In this document: positions 1 through 10,300 of the stretch, one piece after another | How positions within the stretch are numbered: the first letter of the stretch is position 1 | Layout: the number at the start of each line of letters is the position of its first letter | Source of the DNA: a virus | Lineage: Duplodnaviria; Caudoviricetes | IMG/VR virus record: IMGVR_UViG_3300026549_000029 | Span: 223,869-287,868 of that record | Reading direction: 5' to 3' (one strand) | Length of the DNA: 64,000 nt | The notes under the pieces: generated by a model | Seen by the model: the letters and a program-made list of their open reading frames with translations, nothing else | What the model was told of the DNA's origin: nothing | The model's database searches: none | Translations under genes and position numbers: made by a program

Positions 1-2
1 GC

Positions 3-3000
3 AAAAGTTTCAGTAACTGCAGCAGAATCTTCAAATCCTTCATCTGTGTTAATTATTGCTACTTTAGCTAAAGTACCAATAGCTCCAGCAAGATTACCAG
101 ATTCTCCTAAAGATTTAGAGAAGGATAATTTATCGTAAGCTAATATAGATCCTGCTTTAAATTTATCTCCTAATTTTAAATCAGTAGATAATTTAACAGG
201 AACAAAATATCCACCATCAGAATTCTTCTTAATCTCTTCTTTAAGATTAATATATTCTGTAGTACCATCTTTATATTGGACAACCATATAGTTATCTCTA
301 AATTCACCATGCTCAACTAATTCAATTACAGTGCCATCTTGAGCAGCTTTATAAGAGAATATATTAGATGTAAGATAAGGCAATGCTTCATCTGCACCTG
401 TAGTAACTAACATAGGATCATTATTCAAGCATCTAACCAAATGCTTAGATGTCTGAGCATATGTCATTAATGTTCTTTGGGGATCATCATGAGTAGATCC
501 AAGAGGAGTCAATCCCTCTGTAATAGTTAATGTTTTTGCTACAGATAATTTGCTAGCATCACCATCTATAGTTTTAACTAATCCTCTCTCACTTTCAATA
601 TTAGCATCTATGGTGGCTTGTCTATTAATACCAACATTCCCAGAGAAAGGAGTATCCATACCAAGAACATTAAGCATTGATTCATCATAAGTACGAGTAT
701 TTACGGAATATGCTCTAGCTTGGTTCATTCCTACTAATCCTTTATTAGTAACAGTATTAGTACATTCTACATCATTGATTACATTATTTGTAGAGTAATT
801 AGTAGTACCAGGATCTACTGAAATAATAAGATCAATAATAGCAGATTGTTTCATACTAATCTTAACAGATTTTCTATTACGTCTTAAAGAGTTAGCATAT
901 TCAAGATAAGAGTTAGTTAAAGCTTTATAAAAGTATCCAGCAATTAATTCTTTTCTTCTCCACCTTCTACCAGCCTGATCTGTATGTCTTACATACTTAT
1001 TATCTGAAAGAAGATTATTAGCATGAAGTATTACAGACACATAATCGGTAGGAAGTTTATAGAGAGCTAATATTTCTTTACTTATAGGATCAAGCATACA
1101 GTCATAAGAGTTTTCAATACCATCTGCTTTTAATCCTCCACCATAATTTTCAAGGAATTCTAAATACATTCTTCTACTATTTACTTCTTTAATAGAATAA
1201 GACTCTGTATCGCATTCCTTAAAACCATTCATAAGTAAAGAAGAAGAATAATTTACTTCATAAAGTAAATATCCATCTTTAAATTTGATATAATCATGTC
1301 TATCAGAATATCTATATCCTCTATCTAACTCTTGTACAAACTGATAAGCTACACCAGCTTTCTTAAGAGTAGAGATTAATCCCTCTAAATATCCACAAAG
1401 AATAATTACAGGAATTTTAGTATTTAAAATACTAGCCTGAGAATATGTATACCTAGAACCAGCAGAGGGTAAACTAGAATAAATTTTTCTAAACTCTTCA
1501 CACTCTCCGCAGAGTAATTCATTCATATATCCAATAACATTTGGATGAATACTCTTTATAGATCCAGAATAATAAATAATATATTCTGTGGCTTTCTTAG
1601 TTTTAGCATCATATTTCTTTTCTATTCCAATAGGAATTCCTTTAGAATTATCTATGACATATTCTGTTCTAAAAATATCCTGATTAAAATAGAATTTATA
1701 TTTATTGGTCTCAATACTATCAATAACAGATGCTACATCAATATAGTCTATAGGTAATTCATACTTAGCACATACATTAGTATTATCACCAAGAGTTATA
1801 TTAATTTGAGTAGAATTATTTCTTATTAATTTATTTAAAGTTCTAATAAGCTTATTTGCAGCTGGCATAGACTGACCTTTTCTTCCACCAAATCTTCTTA
1901 CAAATATCTTATTATAACCACCAACACCAATAATCTGACATTCATCTAAATTAGTCTTAATAATAGGAATCAATACAGATTGAATAAAAACATTCTTTTC
2001 ATTTCCTCTTAACTTAAGAAGATTAGATCCTTTAATAAACTTAGGTATATCTACTTTTAAAGTAAATTTTGTACCTTTAAAGTCGATACATTCTATAGTC
2101 CAGAGATCTACATAATCTTCTGAAGTAGAGTTATCTTTTATGGAAATATTTTTAACAGCAATCGGGAAAGTCCAATGCTGCATTGAATCAAGCATCTTAA
2201 TAATATCAGCATCTGGATCATAAGTTTTATCAAAGTTCATAAAAGTCATATTATTCCAGTCAGTATTAATAGATGCCACTTTAAGACTAGTAGATTGTAA
2301 TTTAGTCTCAGCAGGATCATGTGCAAGCATCTCTTTGACTGATTTTCCTGCTACTTCTTTTTTATGAAATTCATCTTCAATTTGAATAATTTTAGATGCT
2401 CTAGCCTTATCTACTCTTACATTTTCTTCAGAGTCAGTCTGTAAAGATACAATAAGAGCTTTAAATTCTTCATCATTTAATTTATCAAGAGCATCATCAA
2501 CTGATTTAGCATTATTTGCTACATTAGCAATCTTATCAAGAATAGCATCTTTCTTTTCATCTTCAGATGTAGTATTAACAGCTTTATCTTCAGAAGATGA
2601 TTTAGTATCACTAGTTGCTTGAGTCTGTGTTACAGTAACTTTTTCAACTTCTACAGGAACAGATGCTTTTCTTCCTCTAGTAGATTTAGTTCTATCTTTA
2701 ACTTCAGTCTTACCTGTTATAGATATTTTAGTAAGATCAGTATCTTTTTCATCTTTCACTATTTCTTTTTTAATAGCTTGCTTAAGATTACTATCAGGAT
2801 CTAAAGATGAACTAATATTATTAGGTTTATCATCAAATAATTCAATAGACTTATTTAATCCTGCAAGTTTAGATACATTATCTATAGATACATTTTGTGA
2901 TCTTTCAATTTTATCAACAATATCCATAGCAATACCAGTTGGAGAATCTTCAAATTCACCTTCTGGATCAGGATCTGCAGGAGAATTATAACCAAGAGTA

Positions 3001-5111
3001 ATAATTCTTTTAATAAGTATCATAAATTTAGTTATATTTTTAGGCTTACTAAAATCAGTAGAACTAAAGTTTACTTTAAAATAGTTTTTAGCTCCTAAAA
3101 ATACGACATTATAATTAGCAAATAATCTCTTAAGAGACATCTGATCAAATTTCATATAATAATAAATTACAGAAATAGGATTGACATCTTCTTTATACAT
3201 CCACATCTTAGTTGAACTATTATGTCTCCAATCGAGAATAGGAATAAAAATAGTTTTCTTAGTATAAGCAGTTAATTCATTAGAAGAGATTAATCTATTC
3301 ATTAATTCTGCATAGATCTTAAATTTTCTTAATGAATTAGTCTTATCATCAATATTTACTTCATCAAAGTTTTTAAAGAAGGTTTCATTATAATAAGAAA
3401 GATCATAGAATAAATTTTTCTTATTATATCTATAAATATCAGGATAGGTATATTTAATAAAAGGCATTGTGGCTTTTACATTCTTATAGATAGCCATAGC
3501 TTGTTTGACATTTCTAAGTCTATCTTTATATAATGCTCGTCTAAGAAGCATATCATAATTAATATTATCTTCAAAGAGATACATTAAATTTCCTTCAAGA
3601 ATATAATCTCCTTTAGACCAAGCTTTAAATTTCTCAAAAGTACCTTCTTCTATATTTTCAGGTTTAGACTCACCAGTAATATCGCCAGTCTGAAGTTGTT
3701 GAATAGTAGATAATCCAGTACCTCTTTCTTCTGTGCCAAGATTACCTCTAACAAGATCTCTTTTAATTTTATTTAATTTATATACAGATTGTCTTCTAAT
3801 TCTTCTTTTAAGATTAGAAGCCATATTTTGAATCTTTTTAATAGATTCAGGAATAGCTAATTCTTCTTCAGAAAGAGAAGCAAGTTTATTAGCCTCTTCT
3901 ATATAATCATAGCAATCTTGTTCGATTCCAAAATCAGATTCTCCAAGAGCTTTTCTAGCATTTTTTCTATATTTAGCAGAATATTCTTTAGCATATTTAT
4001 AGAATAATCCTAAAGAATTTCCAATGAGAATTTTCTTAACTTCTGCCATTCCATATTCTTCTATAATATAGGCAAATACCTTTTCTGAATAGAATTTATC
4101 TTCATATTTAGGATTATCTAATTTTCCATCAGCAGCACCTGATAAGAGAATAGCAAGAGGCTCAGCAAATACATCTAATACTCTAGTTCCTACAACTACT
4201 TTAATTCTGTATATGGCATAAAGCTGGAATATAAATTGAGTATAAATCTTATAATCAAAATCATATCCCTTCTTTTTAAAAGCGTTAGGAGTATAAAGAG
4301 TTAAAGTATCATAAGTAATTTCTTCTTCAGCATTAGGATCACTAATTACTATAACTACAATCTTCTTAGGAGGATCTATATCCAATACTTCAAAAGGAGA
4401 AATACCATATTCTTTAGTAATATATTTAGATACAGCATTTATATCTCTTCTATACCCAGAAAATACAATATTAGATGCAGAAGATAATTTCTTATTTAAA
4501 ATATCAATACCTTTTGTTACTACAATTTCATTAAGATAATCATCATCTGAAGTTTCATAGATTTCTTCTTCAACTACAGATTCTTTTAAATTTTTAGCTA
4601 ATCCAGATTTCTCCCAATAAGGAAGAAATCTATTATTTTTTCCAACATGTACTTCATCAGCCATATTAAAAGCTTTAATCTTTTTAATAATATTTTTAGC
4701 TAATTCAGCTTCATATTCTTCTTCAACATGATTAAAGAATCTAATAGCAGATAATACATGTGCTTTATCAGGCATAGGATATCTTCTTTGAGAAGGTAAT
4801 CCAAAATCTGAATCAGGTAATGCTTTTCTATCTTTACTGGAAAGAGCTTCTTCAAATAAATACTCTCCAGGATCATCAGTTTCATATACAGATTCATTCT
4901 TAATATATCTAGTAATAGATCTTTCAAAATAATAAGATTCAAAATATCTTCTATTAACAGCATAAGGAGCAGTCATGGCAAACATAGAAGATTTATAATT
5001 TGGGGTCAAAAGCATAATGGCAGATCCCTGTTTCTTATTTTTAGGATCTATAGGCAAAAAGAATGGTTTCTTATATAATACCAATTCTTTAAGATCATCT
5101 AATGATACCAT
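3..5111 (-). CDS. Phage multisubunit RNA polymerase beta-like subunit (probably virion RNAP) with long N-terminal extension; 3' end lies outside the window
   Basis: Not in the ORF track because it runs off the edge. ATG at 5111 follows AGGAGG. The same frame was checked at the start, ~4800, ~2520 and the window edge. The distal part reads ...TPFSGNVGINRQ...HDDPQRTLMTYAQTSKH...GTLAKVAIINTDEGFEDSAAV, matching beta-subunit motifs (HDDxxRxLM, GxxFEDS). Confidence 0.85.
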   Translation of the reverse strand, partial: MVSLDDLKELVLYKKPFFLPIDPKNKKQGSAIMLLTPNYKSSMFAMTAPYAVNRRYFESYYFERSITRYIKNESVYETDDPGEYLFEEALSSKDRKALPDSDFGLPSQRRYPMPDKAHVLSAIRFFNHVEEEYEAELAKNIIKKIKAFNMADEVHVGKNNRFLPYWEKSGLAKNLKESVVEEEIYETSDDDYLNEIVVTKGIDILNKKLSSASNIVFSGYRRDINAVSKYITKEYGISPFEVLDIDPPKKIVVIVISDPNAEEEITYDTLTLYTPNAFKKKGYDFDYKIYTQFIFQLYAIYRIKVVVGTRVLDVFAEPLAILLSGAADGKLDNPKYEDKFYSEKVFAYIIEEYGMAEVKKILIGNSLGLFYKYAKEYSAKYRKNARKALGESDFGIEQDCYDYIEEANKLASLSEEELAIPESIKKIQNMASNLKRRIRRQSVYKLNKIKRDLVRGNLGTEERGTGLSTIQQLQTGDITGESKPENIEEGTFEKFKAWSKGDYILEGNLMYLFEDNINYDMLLRRALYKDRLRNVKQAMAIYKNVKATMPFIKYTYPDIYRYNKKNLFYDLSYYNETFFKNFDEVNIDDKTNSLRKFKIYAELMNRLISSNELTAYTKKTIFIPILDWRHNSSTKMWMYKEDVNPISVIYYYMKFDQMSLKRLFANYNVVFLGAKNYFKVNFSSTDFSKPKNITKFMILIKRIITLGYNSPADPDPEGEFEDSPTGIAMDIVDKIERSQNVSIDNVSKLAGLNKSIELFDDKPNNISSSLDPDSNLKQAIKKEIVKDEKDTDLTKISITGKTEVKDRTKSTRGRKASVPVEVEKVTVTQTQATSDTKSSSEDKAVNTTSEDEKKDAILDKIANVANNAKSVDDALDKLNDEEFKALIVSLQTDSEENVRVDKARASKIIQIEDEFHKKEVAGKSVKEMLAHDPAETKLQSTSLKVASINTDWNNMTFMNFDKTYDPDADIIKMLDSMQHWTFPIAVKNISIKDNSTSEDYVDLWTIECIDFKGTKFTLKVDIPKFIKGSNLLKLRGNEKNVFIQSVLIPIIKTNLDECQIIGVGGYNKIFVRRFGGRKGQSMPAANKLIRTLNKLIRNNSTQINITLGDNTNVCAKYELPIDYIDVASVIDSIETNKYKFYFNQDIFRTEYVIDNSKGIPIGIEKKYDAKTKKATEYIIYYSGSIKSIHPNVIGYMNELLCGECEEFRKIYSSLPSAGSRYTYSQASILNTKIPVIILCGYLEGLISTLKKAGVAYQFVQELDRGYRYSDRHDYIKFKDGYLLYEVNYSSSLLMNGFKECDTESYSIKEVNSRRMYLEFLENYGGGLKADGIENSYDCMLDPISKEILALYKLPTDYVSVILHANNLLSDNKYVRHTDQAGRRWRRKELIAGYFYKALTNSYLEYANSLRRNRKSVKISMKQSAIIDLIISVDPGTTNYSTNNVINDVECTNTVTNKGLVGMNQARAYSVNTRTYDESMLNVLGMDTPFSGNVGINRQATIDANIESERGLVKTIDGDASKLSVAKTLTITEGLTPLGSTHDDPQRTLMTYAQTSKHLVRCLNNDPMLVTTGADEALPYLTSNIFSYKAAQDGTVIELVEHGEFRDNYMVVQYKDGTTEYINLKEEIKKNSDGGYFVPVKLSTDLKLGDKFKAGSILAYDKLSFSKSLGESGNLAGAIGTLAKVAIINTDEGFEDSAAVTETF

Positions 5112-5190
5112 TAATTTTGCTTCCTCCTATATATAGATTATAGAAAAGTTCACCCTACCACTATTAACTGATAAAAAATTATTTTTGAGC

Positions 5191-5210
5191 ATATATTATA
5201 ATAATGAAGT
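5191..5210 (+). promoter_or_regulatory. Putative early phage promoter motif TATATTATAATAATGAA (representative copy)
   Basis: Near-identical copies at ~30556, 44311, 46045, 48765 and 57098, each upstream of non-structural genes. Confidence 0.55.
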
Positions 5211-5241
5211 ATTAAATTAAATATAAAAGGAGAAAATAAAA

Positions 5242-5631
5242 ATGACAAATGAAATGGCTTTAAGAAATCTTAGTAATAATTTTGCTAAATTAGATCCTAA
5301 ATTGCAGAAAGCTACAATCAATCATATATCAGCTATTGTAGCAGAGAATCTTAAATATAAAGAAGAAATTGAAAATATTGATAAGAAATATGATAAGACT
5401 ATGTCTGCATTAAGTAATAGATGTTTTACTTTAACAGCTGGAGCTATGTGCCTTTTCTGTAGCATTGAATGTAAATATAGAAAAATTGCTTATAGAGATG
5501 AATCTATTGATCCTCTTAAATTAATGGATATTAAACCTTCTGAAGTAGATGAAGCTTTAAAGAATGGATCTCTTTTGAAAGATAATTATAAATCTTCTTC
5601 TACATATACTGTCAATACTGAAGAAAATTAA
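5242..5631 (+). CDS. Hypothetical protein (Cys cluster)
   Basis: 129-aa ORF, AAGGAG RBS, preceded by a TATATTATAATAATGAAG motif. Confidence 0.75.
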   Translation: MTNEMALRNLSNNFAKLDPKLQKATINHISAIVAENLKYKEEIENIDKKYDKTMSALSNRCFTLTAGAMCLFCSIECKYRKIAYRDESIDPLKLMDIKPSEVDEALKNGSLLKDNYKSSSTYTVNTEEN

Positions 5632-5682
5632 ATTTTAATGTTTCTCAAACTATTGATTAGTATGGTCTGAGGAGAATTAGTA

Positions 5683-5856
5683 ATGAATAAAGAAAATTTT
5701 TATAAAATTTTATGTCATACTACGCCAGAAGAATTAAATGAGTTTATTTCTTTACGTGGAAAAAAGAAAATGGTGAATGCTATAACATTCATTGATGATA
5801 ATGAGACTGATAAAGAAGGAGAAAATAATAATGGAGAAAGTAAGAGAAGTAATTGA
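5683..5856 (+). CDS. Small hypothetical protein (57 aa, MNKENFYKILCHTTPEELNEF...)
   Basis: Read manually; GAGGAG RBS upstream; below the ORF-track cutoff. Confidence 0.6.
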   Translation: MNKENFYKILCHTTPEELNEFISLRGKKKMVNAITFIDDNETDKEGENNNGESKRSN

Positions 5857-6382
5857 TACTGTAACTAAAAATGTTAAACAGAAATCAGCATCTAAAAAAG
5901 ATGAAATTACAGTTATGAAAGCTCTTATGAATGATACCGAATATTCTACTAATATTTATGGTACATTAAATGGAGTAGATACTCATTATCCTTCTAAAGA
6001 ATTAAGAAAAGTTGTAGCTAGTGCTGTATCTAATATTACTAAGCTTCCTATTAAAGAAGCTACAGAATTAGCTGATAAGTATGAGTTTACTAAAAATGAT
6101 GCTCAAGCTATGGTAAACCTTTCTAAAGAATTTGTGTATTCTTATCTGCAGACTGGAAGAAAACTTCCTCTTGGTGGAAGAATTGATTCTGATGTTCAGC
6201 TTGCTTGGAAGAGTATTGCATCTAGAGAAGCTAGAGTTCCTGCTAATAATTCTACTGTAATGATTCCTGAACATGGCGGAGTTAAAGCTATTAATAAAAC
6301 TCCTGGTTGGATTATTGCTGATGAAAAAGGAAAGGTTATAGGAACTACTTATGACAAAGGACTTAGGGCTAATAAATATTAA
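5831..6382 (+). CDS. Hypothetical phage protein
   Basis: ORF 5792..6382; ATG at 5831 has an AAGGAG RBS. Confidence 0.75.
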   Translation: MEKVREVIDTVTKNVKQKSASKKDEITVMKALMNDTEYSTNIYGTLNGVDTHYPSKELRKVVASAVSNITKLPIKEATELADKYEFTKNDAQAMVNLSKEFVYSYLQTGRKLPLGGRIDSDVQLAWKSIASREARVPANNSTVMIPEHGGVKAINKTPGWIIADEKGKVIGTTYDKGLRANKY

Positions 6383-6995
6383 TGATTATATTGAAAAAGG
6401 ATATGTAAAAGTTTCATCAAATGAATTAATACCTGGAACGGATTTTGATGATAGTTATTTTCCAGAAAATAAATGGAAGATAATAGAAAATAACTATAGA
6501 TATGAAGATCCAGAAGCTCATTATTGGAATATCTGTTCTTATGATATTCTTAAATATAATGAATCTACTAATGAATATGAACCTTATATGAATTTTGGTA
6601 GAAATTATCATACTCTAGGATATAATTTACTTGTATATGCAGTACAAAAAGGAGAAGAATTTATTCTTACTTCTTCTAACTATATGTATCTTACTATAAT
6701 TAATCTTACTAGAAAAGAAATTAAATCTTATTTTTATGGAATAGAATTTAAGAACAATGATGATAAGATTATTAAAGAAGGATTCTGCCCTGTAAAGATT
6801 ATATTCGATCAGATTTCTGATACAGAAAATAAACTTATTGTAAATGGATGCTTCTGGGCTTGGCCTTATGAAAATTTAACTATAGAAAATGTAGATCTAA
6901 ATGATCTCTCATGTTATAATTTTAATAATAAAAATATTAAAAGAGAATATGAAGAAATTGAAAAAGACGATGAGGATGATAAAGAAGAGGATTAA
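6351..6995 (+). CDS. Hypothetical protein, acidic C-terminus
   Basis: 214-aa ORF in operon context. Confidence 0.7.
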   Translation: MTKDLGLININDYIEKGYVKVSSNELIPGTDFDDSYFPENKWKIIENNYRYEDPEAHYWNICSYDILKYNESTNEYEPYMNFGRNYHTLGYNLLVYAVQKGEEFILTSSNYMYLTIINLTRKEIKSYFYGIEFKNNDDKIIKEGFCPVKIIFDQISDTENKLIVNGCFWAWPYENLTIENVDLNDLSCYNFNNKNIKREYEEIEKDDEDDKEED

Positions 6996-6998
6996 TAT

Positions 6999-7280
6999 AT
7001 GAGAGGTAATGAATTAAATAAAGAAATGATAAATGATAAATCTTGGGATGAATTTAGAGACTCAGGATTACTTACATTTATTAATATGATTTTGCATGTA
7101 TTTGGGTGGGCTATTATTTGTCATACTCATAATGTAACTCATGAAGTAATTAGAGTATTTCCTGCTAGAATAAAATTTAGAGGAATTGATCAGGATTCCA
7201 TGGATAGTATGTATGAAAATATTTCTGATTATTTAAAGTTAAATGCTTATGAGTTAGCAGATGAGACTAAAAATAAATAA
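6999..7280 (+). CDS. Hypothetical phage protein
   Basis: 93-aa ORF, GAGG RBS, followed by a terminator. Confidence 0.7.
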   Translation: MRGNELNKEMINDKSWDEFRDSGLLTFINMILHVFGWAIICHTHNVTHEVIRVFPARIKFRGIDQDSMDSMYENISDYLKLNAYELADETKNK

Positions 7281-7283
7281 TAT

Positions 7284-7322
7284 ATAAAGGAAGAGGAAAT
7301 TCCTCTTCCTTTATTTTTTTTT
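7284..7322 (+). terminator. Intrinsic terminator
   Basis: ATAAAGGAAGAGG-aaatt-CCTCTTCCTTTAT hairpin plus T-run. Confidence 0.8.
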
Positions 7323-7381
7323 CTATAGTATAGTCAAATTCAACTACAACATAATAGATTATTTACTGAAAGGATAGTAAT

Positions 7382-10300
7382 ATGGCTAGATTTGATCCGA
7401 AGACCTATGCTAAGAATGTACTTAGGTCTGCTGGATATATTACAGTCGAATCGATTAAAGGTGTTAATCCTACCTTAACATCGTATATTACTGAAACAGC
7501 TTCATCTGCAAAGGAAATGTATGACTTTGCTAAAGATTTTAAAAGAAATATTAGAAATAAGTTAGATGAAACAGATGGAAGACTTACTAGGGAATTTGAT
7601 AAACAGAAAAAGAATATTTTAGATGATATTCGTACAGGTAAGTTTTATAACCCTGAAAGAGAGAAAGCTGCTCTTAATGAGTATATGAAAAAAGAGGGTT
7701 TCTCTTTTGATGATTTAGACTTTGATATCGATGAAGATTTTGGTGAAGACTCTTCAGAGTCTTCATCTGGAGAAACCAAAGCTATTAATTCTCTTTCTAT
7801 GACACAGCAGAAACTTACTGCTGCTTCTACTGATGAGATAGTAAGAGCTAGTAAAGCTAATACTAAGCTTAGTATTAAGACTACTAACAGAATGTTTGGT
7901 ATGGTTAATAACTCTTTAGCAGTTATTAATACTAGTATTCTTAATCTTCATCAGGATTTAGCTAAGCCTATTAATACTCATATTATCAACTCTGGGAATT
8001 TCTATCAGGCTGCTACTACAGAAATGGCTATGCAGACTAAATATTTAGAGAATATTAATAGAATTCTCACAGAGAGATATGAGACTAAGAAAAAAGGATT
8101 TAATAATACTGGATATAAAACTTCTGCTTGGGAAGATGTATTTGGTAATGGATTACCTAATTTGAAAAAATGGGGTAGTCATGCTAAAACTAAATTCATG
8201 AATTCTACTGCACTTGGAGCATTTTCAGATCTCTTATCCCCTGAAATGCTGGATATGATCTTTGAATCTGGAGCTATTAGTTCTCCTATTGCTCAATTAG
8301 CAGTATTTGGTCTTACTAATAGATTACAATCTTCTAAATTTGGTAAGAGTCTTAATAGAACAGAAGATATCCTTAGAGGTGGATTTACTCAATTAGCTGC
8401 TGCTATATCTACTAGAGCTAGAAATATATCTAAGAATAGAAAAACTGATATTTATGGTAAAGGTGGAGGTATATTAAGTGCTATTTTAGATGCGCTTGAT
8501 ATTACTCCTAAAGCCAATAAGAAAATTGATCATTCCAAATATAATAGAGGTCCTGTCGATTGGGATGGAGAAAGTAAAAAAGCCTTAACTGAAGTTATTC
8601 CTACTCAGTTAGCTATGATTATTTCTCAATTAGGAGGAACTCCTAAAGTCTTTAATTATAAAACTGGTAAGTGGGAAACTGTTAATCAAGCAACTAAACA
8701 GTTCAAAGAAGAAAGAAGAAAAGCTATTGCTTCAGAGAATTATAGATTAAAAGATACTATTACCAGAGATTTCATCGATGAATATAATGCTAAACTTTCT
8801 ACTGGTGAGTCTATGATGACATATAGATCTAAAGGAACATTAGATCTTTCTAGAGATTTTGATAGAGTAATGGAGTATTTTACTCTTAATAATATTGACT
8901 CCTTTGCTGATGCTGGTACAGTATTAAATGATCTTGCACAAAAAGGTATTATTAGTAAAAGATCTGCTGAACAATTAAAGAAATCTTTTAATAAACATGC
9001 TGGATCTTTTAGTAGTGCTGTTTATAATAGTAGAGTTGGTAATAATAAATTTATGGCTAGTGCAGGTCAAGGAACTTTTGGTATGATCTCTAATGGTTCT
9101 GGTCTTGCTAAAGCTAGCTATAATATGAATAAAACTGGAGCTTATACCAATTCTATATTAGGTCTTAAAGATAATAAAGGACATGATATCTATTTCTATT
9201 TACAGAGTTTTTATAGTTCTTTTAAATACTTAGAGGATGCTTTAAGTACTCAGAATTTTAGTAGAGGCAGAGGAAGAACATTTAGAAGAAGAAATAATAG
9301 ATATGATGTTCCAATAAGTGAAGAACTTAGAAGAATACAGGAACAAGAAGAAAGACAAGATCAAATTAGAAATAGAAGAGAGGGATCAAGTACTACTCGT
9401 ATAACCGATGAGTATGATTCTAGAGAAGGTACTTTCAAAAAATCTTCTTTTAATAAAACTGAACAAAGAGCTAAAGAGGATGAACGATCATCTATATTTA
9501 CTAGAGGAATAGATAAATTTAATGATGCACTCTCTAAAATGTTCTTTGGTAATAATAATATTAACCAGATGATTGCTAATGGTGGTTTACTTGGTGCTAT
9601 TAAAGATCTTCCTGGAAATATTGCTAAAGCTATAGATGAGCTTAAAGATAAAGCAAAGAACTGGCTTGGAGAAAAGTGGAGAAATTTTAAAGAATCTGAT
9701 TTTGGTAGAGAATATTTTGGTTCTATGAAAGATCAAGTTAGAGGAATGGGTAGATCTGTATGGGGTCACGCTAGACAATCTGCTGGTCGAGTAGTAGAAT
9801 TCTTCTCTGATAGAGGTTCTAAACCTAGTGGTGCTAGAGGTGGTTTTGTTACTAAATCTGGTATGGTGTCTGTATCAGAAGGAGAAATGATTATTCCTTC
9901 TGAGAAGAATCCTTTTTATAGAGGAAGAACTAATAAGTCATCTCAAAGAGCTCAAGAAGCTATGAATTATCGCAGATGGGTTGCTCAGGGTGGAAATAAA
10001 GATGACTATTGGGGAAGTTATAGAGAAGGTGGAGAACCTTATAAAAATAAAAAAATAGTTGATAAAATTAAAGAATTAGTATTTGCTGATGCTTCTGAAT
10101 CAGAAATTGAAGCAGCAGTTAAAGCTATTAATACTGGAGCTGCTAAAGGAAAAGCTAGTATTGATAAAATAAGAGCAACAGTTAATCAGATAAAAGAATC
10201 TGTTGAATATAAAGCAAAATTAAAAAAGCAGAAACAACAAGAATTATATGATAATGCAAAAAATAGTAAAATTGGTAAGAAAGTAATTAATGCAGGTAGA

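Noticed and set aside
1545-4963. Short ORFs at 1545, 2619 and 4700
   Set aside because: They overlap the long minus-strand RNAP beta-like frame and are compositionally spurious.
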